DNA from: a virus
Lineage: Duplodnaviria; Caudoviricetes
IMG/VR virus record: IMGVR_UViG_3300049458_000012
Coordinates: 1-64,000 of that record
DNA length: 64,000 bases
Reading direction: 5' to 3' (one strand)
Below, in pieces: positions 53,505 through 62,763 of this stretch (positions are counted from its first letter, which is position 1; each line of letters starts with the position of its first letter). Below the pieces are notes generated by a model, which saw only the letters and a program-made list of their open reading frames with translations, was not told the origin of the DNA and searched no databases. The position numbers and the translations under genes are program-made.

Positions 53505-54070
53505 GCCGTGCCCCTCGTGTGCAAAATGGGTTGAGCGGTGGAAGGAAGATACAACGGATGCTTCGGGTGGCCTTTCGCAGTCAACCCTAGCGAATATATC
53601 AGCCGATTTCCGCACCAGCCCAATGTCGTTTCGTCCTGGCCCAAGTGCCCTCCATGCGCGCCCCAGGCGCAGATGATCTTCCCCGCATCCAGAACGGCAT
53701 TTTGCACATGGTCCCGATTATCCGGGCCCACCGGATCGGCCATGTAATCCATGGCGAGAATGACCGCGGGTTGCGTCGCCCGGTACGCGAAGAGGTTGAC
53801 CACTTCCAACCGTTCATACCCCCAAGCCTTCGCGAACCCAACGCAACGACGAATGGTTGGATCGTCCTGGGCGCCGTCCGCGGTGGAGGGGTTGAGCATG
53901 ATGAAGACGCACGCTTTCGGCTCACCCAGCGGCGCCCCTGACCCATCCTTTGCGCCGAGCCAGCGCCAGTTTTTCGGGTCATGAGTTCCGCGCCACTCAC
54001 GCCACAGCAGGTAACGATAGCTTTCGCACTTGGAGAGCTTCGCCCCCGCCTCGATGTATTGGTCCATCAC
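53501..54070 (-). CDS. DUF1643 family protein
   Basis: YRYLLWR, FIMLNPSTAD..DDPTIRRC, VNLFAYRAT, ICAWG, GHPKHPLY. Confidence 0.88.
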   Translation of the reverse strand: MMDQYIEAGAKLSKCESYRYLLWREWRGTHDPKNWRWLGAKDGSGAPLGEPKACVFIMLNPSTADGAQDDPTIRRCVGFAKAWGYERLEVVNLFAYRATQPAVILAMDYMADPVGPDNRDHVQNAVLDAGKIICAWGAHGGHLGQDETTLGWCGNRLIYSLGLTAKGHPKHPLYLPSTAQPILHTRGTA

Positions 54071-54327
54071 TGCGGCATCCTCCCGACATTTCGCTTTAGT
54101 ATTTTCCCGTGTCGATGCAGCACCCATCGCACCACATGATTGAAGCGCACGTCCATTCGGCGCCACTCCGGATGCCGAATGACGCCAGCCGCTTTCAGCT
54201 GGATAATGCCACGGCGCGTACGTTCCAAAGATGCCACGGCGTGGCCCGGGAGCTTCAGCCCTTGAGTGCGTAACTGGAGCCGGATGTGATCGGCCAACCC
54301 CGAGGTGTCGAACATGAGCAGCTTCAT
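54067..54327 (-). CDS. Basic hypothetical protein
   Basis: 86 aa; coupled. Confidence 0.55.
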   Translation of the reverse strand: MKLLMFDTSGLADHIRLQLRTQGLKLPGHAVASLERTRRGIIQLKAAGVIRHPEWRRMDVRFNHVVRWVLHRHGKILKRNVGRMPQ

Positions 54328-54515
54328 GGCTGCCTCCTGCTGGCGCTCAGCGCCGCACCGAACCCGATGGCAGCGCAGCCGATGCCGATCTCCATGAGCC
54401 GGATTGCACGCGAGGGGTGCACCGCCATATTCACCAACAAACTTCCAATCATGGAACCGATGCCCACGTAAATCAGCGCCACTCCCGCGATGGTCGCCCC
54501 TTTTTGCCAGTTCAT
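54324..54515 (-). CDS. Small two-TM membrane protein
   Basis: Two hydrophobic segments; ATG 54515. Confidence 0.55.
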   Translation of the reverse strand: MNWQKGATIAGVALIYVGIGSMIGSLLVNMAVHPSRAIRLMEIGIGCAAIGFGAALSASRRQP

Positions 54516-55027
54516 GGCTTCACCTCCGAGGGCCAAAGGCGCTCCGCCTTCGCAATCGCCTCTCGAATCAGTTCAGCAGTCGGGCTGTTAATCCCCAAAT
54601 TATTGTGCGTCGTTGTTTCGATATAACTGGCCGCTTGTCCCAGGGCCGCCAAGATATCGCGCGCAGCCTCCTGGGCTTGTGGCGATTGCCGCAGAAAGAG
54701 GCGCTTAAAATCCAGCAAACTCGCCTCCCATCCCGCGGGCAATTCGATCTCGAATGGCAACACGAAACGGCACAGCTTATGCCCCGCTCGAACCACAGAG
54801 CCATCGCGTAACACCTCAACCGGTGTCGAGTCCTCGGGCTGTGCCAAGGCTTCGAGGGCCAGTGGCTCGGTCAACAGCCCTGTGTCCTTTATCACGGCCA
54901 GGGCTGCCCGGAAGATCTTCGGCGCGTGCCAGTGCGGGTTGCTGATGATGGTGTTGGGGCCCGGATAATTACGCACGAAGTATTCGGCAAACCGAGCCTC
55001 CGCATTTTCGCGTGTAGTGGACATCAT
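54512..55027 (-). CDS. Hypothetical protein
   Basis: 171 aa; YPGPNTII..P.WHAPKIF motif. Confidence 0.6.
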   Translation of the reverse strand: MMSTTRENAEARFAEYFVRNYPGPNTIISNPHWHAPKIFRAALAVIKDTGLLTEPLALEALAQPEDSTPVEVLRDGSVVRAGHKLCRFVLPFEIELPAGWEASLLDFKRLFLRQSPQAQEAARDILAALGQAASYIETTTHNNLGINSPTAELIREAIAKAERLWPSEVKP

Positions 55028-55242
55028 TTCGTCCTCTGATTTTGCGCGGCACGTTTGGCCGCTTCTTTTTCCTCTTCCTCCACGAAGCGGCGCCCACCCG
55101 AGAGGGCTGCCTCTACGTCGATGAAGAACCCTGACAACTCCACCCCGTCCACGTACCCGAGTAGATCCGGGCCCATGTGCCGAGCTTCGAGCCGTCGTCC
55201 GTGGAACTCCTCTTTCTTCACCAACTTGCGTTCTAAAGCCAT
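55024..55242 (-). CDS. Hypothetical protein
   Basis: GAGG RBS; 72 aa. Confidence 0.6.
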   Translation of the reverse strand: MALERKLVKKEEFHGRRLEARHMGPDLLGYVDGVELSGFFIDVEAALSGGRRFVEEEEKEAAKRAAQNQRTK

Positions 55243-55248
55243 TTCATT

Positions 55249-55548
55249 TCACCTCAAAGAGTTTGTTGTGAGGGTGTGCTCGCCCCGTCGAATCTGACGC
55301 ACCGTTGGCACAGAGAGTCCGGTGGCGGTGGAAGACTGCTGTATCGTCCACCCATTCAATGCGTGCGCTTTCACTCGGTCCACCAATGCAGGCGTGACTC
55401 GATATCGCGGATCAGCGGTGAGTTCCGCGGCCAATTCTTCCAGCACCGCCAGCACCTCACCTCGGGTCCTCGCCGCACGCGCCCGAATGAGGTTGCGATT
55501 GATCAATTTTTCTCGGGATGCTATCGTGCTGTATTTCGATGCAGGCAT
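55249..55548 (-). CDS. HTH DNA-binding protein
   Basis: GWTIQQSSTATGLSVPTVRQIRRG helix-turn-helix pattern. Confidence 0.6.
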   Translation of the reverse strand: MPASKYSTIASREKLINRNLIRARAARTRGEVLAVLEELAAELTADPRYRVTPALVDRVKAHALNGWTIQQSSTATGLSVPTVRQIRRGEHTLTTNSLR

Positions 55549-55560
55549 TACATTGCACTC

Positions 55561-55836
55561 CTAATCTGTAAAAATGTTTCGTCCGTTTTGGGCATCCACA
55601 TGCCCTCGTTTGTATGCGGATTCCAACCCAACTCCATGCTCCAATAAATACGCCAGGGCCGCGGCTCCCGCGTGCAGATCGCACAGCCCCTTGCCTTCGA
55701 AAATGAACCGTGCTTTGCGCTCACAGTGCATATCGGTGCGCCCCGCTTGTTCGCGCCAACGCTGCCCCTGTTCAGTGACTTCGGCCTCGCACGCGGGGGC
55801 CCGGGAGGGGGAAAGTTTAATGCGCTGCAGCTTCAT
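55561..55836 (-). CDS. Hypothetical protein with a Cys/His motif
   Basis: C...C..KA.....LCDLH; ATG 55836. Confidence 0.55.
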   Translation of the reverse strand: MKLQRIKLSPSRAPACEAEVTEQGQRWREQAGRTDMHCERKARFIFEGKGLCDLHAGAAALAYLLEHGVGLESAYKRGHVDAQNGRNIFTD

Positions 55837-56252
55837 TGGCGCGCACCCATGCGCAAGCATTGCGTGAACTCCGCCCAGTCAACGTGATTGCGCCAAAATT
55901 GGCTCGCTTTCGCGAGCAGTACCGTTTGCGTCGAGTGGGGCTTATCGACGTTGTGCACCGCATGGTACGTATTGAAGAGCAGATACTCTCGGCCCACCCG
56001 CACGAAAAGCCAGCCTCTACGAAACTTTAAAAAGAGCCGCTGCAGGTCCTCCAATCCAAACTCCGCAGGCGTCGTGGCTCGATGTGGCCACTTGTCTAGT
56101 GCCTTCAGCTCAATCCAAATATTGCCCGCTCCCGGGAGCCAAGCGCTAAGGTCCGCGATGCCCGCGGTGAATCCGTCTGCGTGTTTCACGGGCCACTGCC
56201 ATCGCGACTCCATCCCGCCCAAGACGTAATCAACTAGGGTTCGCTCAGCCAT
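55833..56252 (-). CDS. PD-(D/E)xK nuclease (VRR-NUC / Holliday junction resolvase-like)
   Basis: AGIADL...WIELK motif. Confidence 0.7.
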   Translation of the reverse strand: MAERTLVDYVLGGMESRWQWPVKHADGFTAGIADLSAWLPGAGNIWIELKALDKWPHRATTPAEFGLEDLQRLFLKFRRGWLFVRVGREYLLFNTYHAVHNVDKPHSTQTVLLAKASQFWRNHVDWAEFTQCLRMGARQ

Positions 56253-58942
56253 TTTGTGCGCTCCACTTGCAGCATATTGAAGTCAGTCACCACCTTCCCC
56301 GTCACCACCATCCACTGCCCGATCGGCGCCCGCTCCACGATCGGCGCCCCGAGCGTTGCATATCGTTTCGCATTCACGCAACACAACACCCGGCCCGAGT
56401 CGTCCTCCAAGTTGAAGAGCAGCATGTCCCGCATGTTGTCGGGGACTCGTTTGCCTTTGCGCTTGACGAGATACTTCTCATCATTCAAGTCGCGCAGATT
56501 CTTCTTAATGATGCGCCCGAGGACCGCGAATTGTTGCATCGGATTGCCCGCCACAACGCTCGCACACTCGTGCAGCTCGCGTACGGTTTTGAAGTGTTTC
56601 TCCGGGTGCGCATACAGATCGCCCCAGATCCGATGGGCAGGGGCGTAGTCTGCGAACCGGGAGACCCCCGCCAGCAGTGTCTTGTGCCGGGCGCTGAGGG
56701 CGATGCCGTTGGCGCGACGAATGCAGATCTCCCGCGCGGTCTTCGGGCCACACCCCTTCAACCCGGTGAGAGGGCCGAGCAGCCGTTTGCCTTCGAACTC
56801 CCACCGCTCGGTGCTCTTCTCCGGGTCCACCGGCACGAACTCTATGCCGCTGCTCTCTCGCATCAACTCCCGCAACGTGCCGAGTGTGGAATCACTCTCC
56901 CCGGTGGAGGCTTTCGCGTGCCGAAGGTTGGCCACCGCGAATTCCAACGGGTGATGCGCCTTCAACCACGCGGTCCAATACGACAACAGCCCATAGGCCA
57001 CGGCGTGCGACTTGTTGAAGGCCCATGAACCCATCGTGTTGACGGACTTCCAAACCTTCTCCGCATCCGTAGCGGCCAGCCCCTTCGCCTGCGAGGCAGC
57101 AATGAACTGCTTTTCATACTTGGCGAATGCCTCATTGCCTTTTCGCCCCGACATCACCTTGCGGATCGCGGATGTATCGGCCCATGAAAAATCCCCCATC
57201 TCGCGCACCACGCGCATGACGGTTTCCTGATAGATGATCGTGCCGAACGTCTCTTCAGTGAAGGGCCCGAGCGCGGGGTGCAGCGGGTTATTGGTGCCGG
57301 TGTTCTTCCCCTTCACCCATCGTTCCGTCTCCCCCGAGGACAACGGCCCCGGGCGGGCGAGCGCCGTCACAGCGGCCACGTCCTCGAAGCGATCAATAGT
57401 GAATTGGCGGGCGACGCTTTGCAGCGCGATGCCTTCGAATTGAAACACCCCGGAGTACTTGCCCGCATTCAACATATCGAAGGTATCTTGGTCCTCCAGC
57501 GGCAGCTCATACAAACTCAACGGATCGATCCCGATCAACCCACACGCCTCCTCGATCACGGAGAGCGTCCGCAGGCCCAACGCATCGATCTTCAGGAGGT
57601 TGATAGTCTCCGCGGTCTTCTTCTCCAGCTGACAGGCCCCGTCCCGCACGCCACAAAATTCATTCACCGGTGCATTGCAAACCACGATCCCTGCGGCATG
57701 GATGCCTGCCGAGCGCGCATGATCTTCGAGCCGCGTGGCGACCCTCAGCAACGGATACTTCGCCACCAAGGCCCTGCCCACCTCCATGCCGTCCAACGAG
57801 TCCGCCAGACACGCACTCGCCCGCGCGTCTCCGGAGGATCGTTCAATCATGACGTCCTTCAACTGATCCAGCTCGAAGAGGGGGACGTTGGCCACCTTGG
57901 CAACATCCGTCAATGCGGAGCGTGGCTTGTAACGGATCACCGTGCCGATGTGAGCGACGTTGGCCGCCCCATACTTTTCTCGCAGATATTCGATCACGGC
58001 TTCACGCTTGACGTCGGGGAAGTCAATGTCAATATCGGGGAGGTCCGCGCGGTTGACGTCAATGAAGCGCTCGAAGATGAGCCCATGGCGCAACGGGTCG
58101 ATCTCCGTGATGCGGGTAAGCCAACACACGACCGAGCCCGCGGAACTTCCGCGCGCGGGGCCCACAAGCATGGAGCGCTTCGCGAATTGCAGCAGGTCCG
58201 CGATCACTAGGAAGTAATCCGCAAACTTCTTCTCCGCGATCAACCGCAGCTCATATTCCAACCGGGTCTTGTACTCCTTGCCGAGCTTTCGGCGGCGCAG
58301 CTCCGCGGTGGCCAGGGCCTTCAATTCGGCGTCCGGGTCTTTCACCGGGAATTTAATATTCTCGGCCCTGGGCAGCGGCGTGTCGCACCGCTCGATGAGG
58401 GCTTTGAGCCTCTCAATCCAAGGCGCCAGCGCCCCTTCCGCAATCAGTTCCTCGGGACTAAGGATGTGGGCGGAGCCGGTACGGGTGCGGGCGGCTTTCC
58501 CCAGCATGAGGGCCCATGCCTGGGCGTCCTCGGGGGCCGGGAAGAGATTGTCCGAGGAAGCGATCGAGGTCGCCTCGCTGGCCAGCGACAGCCCCGGGAA
58601 GAAGCCCTGGAGGGCCTTGGGGAGCGAGGTTCGGCCCGCGGTGACCACGGTCCAATCCGCACCCCCCGCGCGCTCGGGTGTCAATGCGCCTGCCGCGATC
58701 GTGGCATATAGCTCCTTCAGTCCCGCGGGGGAGTGAGGGATGACGATCGCCGGACGGCCTTCATATTGGAACCGGGCGCCGAGGACGCCGTGCTTACCCG
58801 CTTTCTTACACTCGGTGGCGAAGTCCACGTGCCCCCAACAGTTGTTGTCCGCGATCACCCCGCCCCACGCGGGCAGGCGGGCCACGACCTCTTTTATAGG
58901 GCCGAAGACCGCGCGGAAAGAATACTCAGATCGGACGATCAT
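56234..58942 (-). CDS. dnaE: DNA polymerase III alpha subunit (family C)
   Basis: GPARGSSAGS, FERFI...DLPDIDIDF, HAAGIV, KIDALGLRTL, FNKSHAVAY; degenerate PHP domain; C-terminal OB fold. Confidence 0.95.
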   Translation of the reverse strand: MIVRSEYSFRAVFGPIKEVVARLPAWGGVIADNNCWGHVDFATECKKAGKHGVLGARFQYEGRPAIVIPHSPAGLKELYATIAAGALTPERAGGADWTVVTAGRTSLPKALQGFFPGLSLASEATSIASSDNLFPAPEDAQAWALMLGKAARTRTGSAHILSPEELIAEGALAPWIERLKALIERCDTPLPRAENIKFPVKDPDAELKALATAELRRRKLGKEYKTRLEYELRLIAEKKFADYFLVIADLLQFAKRSMLVGPARGSSAGSVVCWLTRITEIDPLRHGLIFERFIDVNRADLPDIDIDFPDVKREAVIEYLREKYGAANVAHIGTVIRYKPRSALTDVAKVANVPLFELDQLKDVMIERSSGDARASACLADSLDGMEVGRALVAKYPLLRVATRLEDHARSAGIHAAGIVVCNAPVNEFCGVRDGACQLEKKTAETINLLKIDALGLRTLSVIEEACGLIGIDPLSLYELPLEDQDTFDMLNAGKYSGVFQFEGIALQSVARQFTIDRFEDVAAVTALARPGPLSSGETERWVKGKNTGTNNPLHPALGPFTEETFGTIIYQETVMRVVREMGDFSWADTSAIRKVMSGRKGNEAFAKYEKQFIAASQAKGLAATDAEKVWKSVNTMGSWAFNKSHAVAYGLLSYWTAWLKAHHPLEFAVANLRHAKASTGESDSTLGTLRELMRESSGIEFVPVDPEKSTERWEFEGKRLLGPLTGLKGCGPKTAREICIRRANGIALSARHKTLLAGVSRFADYAPAHRIWGDLYAHPEKHFKTVRELHECASVVAGNPMQQFAVLGRIIKKNLRDLNDEKYLVKRKGKRVPDNMRDMLLFNLEDDSGRVLCCVNAKRYATLGAPIVERAPIGQWMVVTGKVVTDFNMLQVERTKWLSEP

Positions 58943-59127
58943 GATTTTTCGATTTCCTCCCAATCCCACTCTGCAACCGCTTCGATGGAGATGCGTGCGG
59001 TGCTTACAGCAATCACTGCCGTTTGTACCGCGGCGGCAGAGTCGTAATCTCCATCCTTGTTGAGGAGCGTTACAACACGCACCAAGTCCGCTTCCATGGC
59101 ACGCATATGGGAATCAAGCGATTTCAC
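58939..59127 (-). CDS. Small hypothetical protein
   Basis: 62 aa; coupled to dnaE. Confidence 0.5.
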   Translation of the reverse strand: MKSLDSHMRAMEADLVRVVTLLNKDGDYDSAAAVQTAVIAVSTARISIEAVAEWDWEEIEKS

Positions 59128-59418
59128 CTAATCTCTCCTTCTCGGATCGCGCACCGTGGTGGCGCATGAATTGGGGCGGTGAGGGTATTTGGCCGCCCCA
59201 CAGTTGCAAAGCGGATACCGGGTGCGGTCTTCCCGAAGTTGTCGATTCCAATCGATCCCCCAACTAGGCCGCTTGCAACACCGGGGCAAGCGCAACATGA
59301 GCCCCGGTTGTTTCGGAAAAGTGGCCCGTTTCCAGCAAGCCCAGCATCGGCACCTCCAACTAGAAAATCTTTTTGTGACTGCGGCATGAGAGTGTTTAAC
59401 GGTGAGTTTTCTACCCAA
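59128..59418 (-). CDS. Cys-rich zinc-binding hypothetical protein
   Basis: CRCWACWKR and CNC...PHR..SC; TTG start assumed. Confidence 0.45.
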   Translation of the reverse strand: MGRKLTVKHSHAAVTKRFSSWRCRCWACWKRATFPKQPGLMLRLPRCCKRPSWGIDWNRQLREDRTRYPLCNCGAAKYPHRPNSCATTVRDPRRRD

Positions 59419-59419
59419 G

Positions 59420-59797
59420 TTATGCCCACACCGGGAAAAAGGTGAACTGTTCCGGCTCCGTGAACAATTCCCCGTGCCACTCGCACCAGTGGTTGGACTT
59501 CCGGGCATTGGGCCCTGCCAGGAGGATTTGCAAGTTGGCCGGAATATTGAGCCCGCATACCCGTTTGTGCGTGAGCGGGATGATGTGGTCCAAAACGTAT
59601 TGCTTGCCCGTTTGTTCAGTTTTCTCCTTCGCCAACTTTCCGAGTCGGCGCAACTCGGCCAAATTGACCCAGGGAGGTGTCGCCATGACGCATTGCACGA
59701 TGTAGCTGCGGCGCGGGTGCTTCGTAAGCCACGCAGGTTCCTCCCCTTTCAGCAGCCGCCCGCGAAGTTTGAAGTTGGAATATCGCAGCACCGTCAT
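59420..59797 (-). CDS. HNH endonuclease
   Basis: VLDHIIPL....VCGLNIPANLQIL...N.RKSN; ATG 59797. Confidence 0.85.
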   Translation of the reverse strand: MTVLRYSNFKLRGRLLKGEEPAWLTKHPRRSYIVQCVMATPPWVNLAELRRLGKLAKEKTEQTGKQYVLDHIIPLTHKRVCGLNIPANLQILLAGPNARKSNHWCEWHGELFTEPEQFTFFPVWA

Positions 59798-60174
59798 TAC
59801 TCCTCCAGCAGCAACGATTTGTAAGGGGCGTGCGATCGCTTTTCGAAACGCACTGGAGCCGTCTTGAGCATCTCCAGCGCCAGCTCCCCGGAGCAATAAG
59901 CTACGAGATGGCCGTGAGCCTTTTGAAAAAAGAAATAAGCGTCTCCAGCATGTTTCGGGGTGCAATGATCCGCGGCATCCACGTCCAACCGGATGCCGCG
60001 GGATCGATATCGCTCGTAATCAGAAAACTGCACCACGCAACGTCGCCCATCTTCGAGGAAATAAAAGTAAGCCCCTCCATTGGTGTCGGGGATCTCTTCG
60101 ATACGGATCACGAGGGATGCCAACCGATCGGCCACGATGTGTTCAGGCAGTTGGACCATTGCATGCATGTTCAT
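59797..60174 (-). CDS. Hypothetical protein
   Basis: 125 aa; GAGG RBS. Confidence 0.55.
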   Translation of the reverse strand: MNMHAMVQLPEHIVADRLASLVIRIEEIPDTNGGAYFYFLEDGRRCVVQFSDYERYRSRGIRLDVDAADHCTPKHAGDAYFFFQKAHGHLVAYCSGELALEMLKTAPVRFEKRSHAPYKSLLLEE

Positions 60175-60209
60175 ATATTCCTCTGAAAGATGGCCACCGG
60201 AAAGCTAAA

Positions 60210-60719
60210 TTAGAGCGTTTTCCAACACTCGATTAGCCTCCGCACGTCATCCAACGCCCTGTGCGTTTGTGCCACGAAGGCGTCCGCCTTGATCACCTCC
60301 CGGCTCCAGTTCTCCAACTTCTTCCCGCCGCTGAGTGGCACCGTGTCGATCTGTTTCGAGGCGTAAGGGAAGCGGTGCTCCCAACCGCATCGACGCAGCT
60401 CGAACACGAGGCACCCTGCATCGAAGGGGTGATTGTGTGCCACGGAGGAGTTGTCCGGATCGGAGCGCCAGAAGTCGATAATCTCGGGCAACTTGGTGAC
60501 GAACTTCGGCGCCCCCACTAAGTCCCCGTCCGTCAGTCCGGTGATCTTCGTGATGATGGCCGGGAGGGCCATGCCGGGGGAGAAGAGAGAAGTGAACGTG
60601 GCGCGTTCTTCACCATTCACCAGCAACACGGCAGCTAACTCAATGATGCGCGGCTGTTGTTTCGGATCTTCGATCCCGGGCAGCAGCAGGCCCGTTGTTT
60701 CTGTGTCCCAAAAAATCAT
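60210..60719 (-). CDS. dnaQ: DEDDh 3'-5' exonuclease (DNA polymerase III epsilon-like)
   Basis: DTETTG, AHNHPFD, HRALDDV. Confidence 0.9.
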   Translation of the reverse strand: MIFWDTETTGLLLPGIEDPKQQPRIIELAAVLLVNGEERATFTSLFSPGMALPAIITKITGLTDGDLVGAPKFVTKLPEIIDFWRSDPDNSSVAHNHPFDAGCLVFELRRCGWEHRFPYASKQIDTVPLSGGKKLENWSREVIKADAFVAQTHRALDDVRRLIECWKTL

Positions 60720-60955
60720 GGCATCGTCTCCGGTAATTTAGCGAAATACATAACTCCATGCCATTCGGCATCCTCAGCATCCAATCCAAACTCCCCGTAT
60801 TCGTGTAACCGCCAATGTTCTCCATTTGCATCGGTTTTCCACCGCACGCACACCATGGGGACGTTCTTGTCGTCCAGCGTCAGCACCGCCTCATCATAAT
60901 CGGGCAACGGCTCCGGACCGCCCACGGGGTGAAAGGTCAAGGTGAGTGCGTTCAT
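60716..60955 (-). CDS. Hypothetical protein (DUF551-like)
   Basis: EPLPD...VL....W....V.YFAKLP pattern. Confidence 0.5.
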   Translation of the reverse strand: MNALTLTFHPVGGPEPLPDYDEAVLTLDDKNVPMVCVRWKTDANGEHWRLHEYGEFGLDAEDAEWHGVMYFAKLPETMP

Positions 60956-61461
60956 CCCTCGAACACCTCTCTCCACCGCAGCCCCTCTTCGAGCGTGAGC
61001 CGCTGAATCAACTTCAGCTCCGCTCCAATCATTGCCCGGGTGTTCAGGATGATGTACCGGTAGCGCCGGTCTGCGCAGCGTGCGTTGGTATGTTCGATCG
61101 TCACGACCTCCTGCAACGTTTTGTAATTACGCTTCCACTCCTCGATGGCCCCGGAGTCTTGCAGGTGCATGCCGAAGTGAGAGGTGTGCACGCAGTCGCA
61201 TTGTAGCCAATCCAACCGGTGCCAGTTCCACCCATCGATGTACGTGAGTACCTCGTGCTCCAGGCGATTGGGCCAAACGTTATAAGTGAAGGACAGTTCC
61301 GCTTTGTTGCGGATGCGCTTGCCTTCATCATCGAACCCAACCGCGGTCACCGTGTCCATGGCATCGAAGCTAGCGCCACCCATCTGGAAGAAGTGGCGAG
61401 CTTTCGTGTGCGTGGCCATGTCAGGGGTGACGATGGCGATTTGATCTAGTTGTATTTTCAC
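60952..61461 (-). CDS. Glyoxalase / VOC-fold-like protein
   Basis: LDQIAIVT, EHEVLTY, SHFGMH, ELKLIQRL beta-alpha-beta-beta-beta pattern with possible metal ligands Q/E/H. Confidence 0.55.
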   Translation of the reverse strand: MKIQLDQIAIVTPDMATHTKARHFFQMGGASFDAMDTVTAVGFDDEGKRIRNKAELSFTYNVWPNRLEHEVLTYIDGWNWHRLDWLQCDCVHTSHFGMHLQDSGAIEEWKRNYKTLQEVVTIEHTNARCADRRYRYIILNTRAMIGAELKLIQRLTLEEGLRWREVFEG

Positions 61462-62000
61462 GAGTTGACTCCATCGGTGCGGGAATGAATCTGCACGGCC
61501 ATGATGCAGTAGTTGGCCATGTCTCGGTAGGATTCCAGCAGCCCTGCATCATCCTTCCGGAGGAGTTGCTGCCGCAGCCGGATGTATTTCCGATGCACAT
61601 CGGAGAACAGCATCCAGCGGTTGAATTCAGCATCCGTCTCCTCGTAGCGGGACTCCCCATACTCGATGCACTTTTCGAGCCGGATGTAAGCGAGTGAGGA
61701 AAGCGTTATTTCGAACTCGACGTGATACTTGAGCCCCTTCAGCTCCGCACTCACGAGGCGATCTGCGAGTGCCTTTTGCACAGAATATTTGAAGGGAGCG
61801 CCAGGCGGCTCACGGATAAGGGGCAGCTGAGCCTTCGCATCCAGCAGCGTAACGCCAACCAGTTGCCGAGCCAAGTTGAAAACTAACTCGGTTCCGCCAT
61901 TATGAATAGAAGCCACCCGGTGCGTTGTTCCGCCGTCCCCCACATCATCCGCGATCTGAATAAACGCGGTGTTGTGCTCTTTGTCGTGAGTAACTTTCAT
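61458..62000 (-). CDS. DUF2283-like N-terminus fused to a nucleotide-modification-associated domain 1 (Nmad1/DUF1599)-like helical domain
   Basis: MKVTHDKEHNTAFIQI (DUF2283-like); EK..EYGES, RKYIRL, ESYRDMANYCIMA (DUF1599-like). Confidence 0.6.
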   Translation of the reverse strand: MKVTHDKEHNTAFIQIADDVGDGGTTHRVASIHNGGTELVFNLARQLVGVTLLDAKAQLPLIREPPGAPFKYSVQKALADRLVSAELKGLKYHVEFEITLSSLAYIRLEKCIEYGESRYEETDAEFNRWMLFSDVHRKYIRLRQQLLRKDDAGLLESYRDMANYCIMAVQIHSRTDGVNS

Positions 62001-62725
62001 CCCTGCGGCCCTCCATACGGGAAGACGCACCCCGTAATGAAGGGGTGGTGCACCGGGCGCATCAGCTCCGCGATGAAAGCGGCCAGGGCCTGTGGTGGGG
62101 TCTCGACGCCCGCGGGCAGTGCTGCGAGTTGATAGCGCTTCGCCTCCTCGGGCGTCCAGCCTCGCATGTCGCACACTGCGGCTTCAATTTCGCGGCTCAT
62201 TGGCGTGCCCGCGAGCTTGTTGGGGTTGACGGCGAATATGCAGTAGTCCTTCAACTCCCGGGCCATCTGCCGCGTGATCATCTCGGCGGCTGCCTTGGAA
62301 GCGTTGTACGCGAGTGAGTGTGTCATCGGGATGTGCGCCGCGTTGCTCACCACGTTGCAGATGGCGGCCCCCTTCGCCAACAGCCCTTGGGATCGTAGCT
62401 CCCGCACCACCCACACCAACGCGAACGCATTGACCTGCATCAGCTCTTCGAGCGCGTCCAAATGCAATCCGCTGAATGGCAGCAACAAATTTGCCCCTGC
62501 GCAATTGATCAGCCGAGTGACCGCCATCGGCAACTGCCCAGCGGCGCTATCGATAGATGGGAAATCGATGAGATTCACCCCGGTCTCATTCGACCAATTG
62601 ACGGCCCCTGGGAAATGCGCCATCACCACCCTCCCGAGCCCTCCCGAACCGCCAAGGATGAGCGTATCACGGCATTGCCGCGGTTGCTCTTCCGAGGCGC
62701 AATCTTGCATATAGTCACGAGTCAT
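61997..62725 (-). CDS. Short-chain dehydrogenase/reductase
   Basis: GGSGGLG, NCAG, VNA, SNAA, YNASK (complete N-S-Y-K tetrad). Confidence 0.9.
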   Translation of the reverse strand: MTRDYMQDCASEEQPRQCRDTLILGGSGGLGRVVMAHFPGAVNWSNETGVNLIDFPSIDSAAGQLPMAVTRLINCAGANLLLPFSGLHLDALEELMQVNAFALVWVVRELRSQGLLAKGAAICNVVSNAAHIPMTHSLAYNASKAAAEMITRQMARELKDYCIFAVNPNKLAGTPMSREIEAAVCDMRGWTPEEAKRYQLAALPAGVETPPQALAAFIAELMRPVHHPFITGCVFPYGGPQG

Positions 62726-62763
62726 TTCATGTTCCTTAAAAGTTTGTTTATGGGGGCAGCGAA

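Noticed and set aside
56234-58942. Intein or intron in dnaE (also checked terL and the helicases)
   Set aside because: Motif spacing and lengths are normal; no splice-junction or embedded homing motifs
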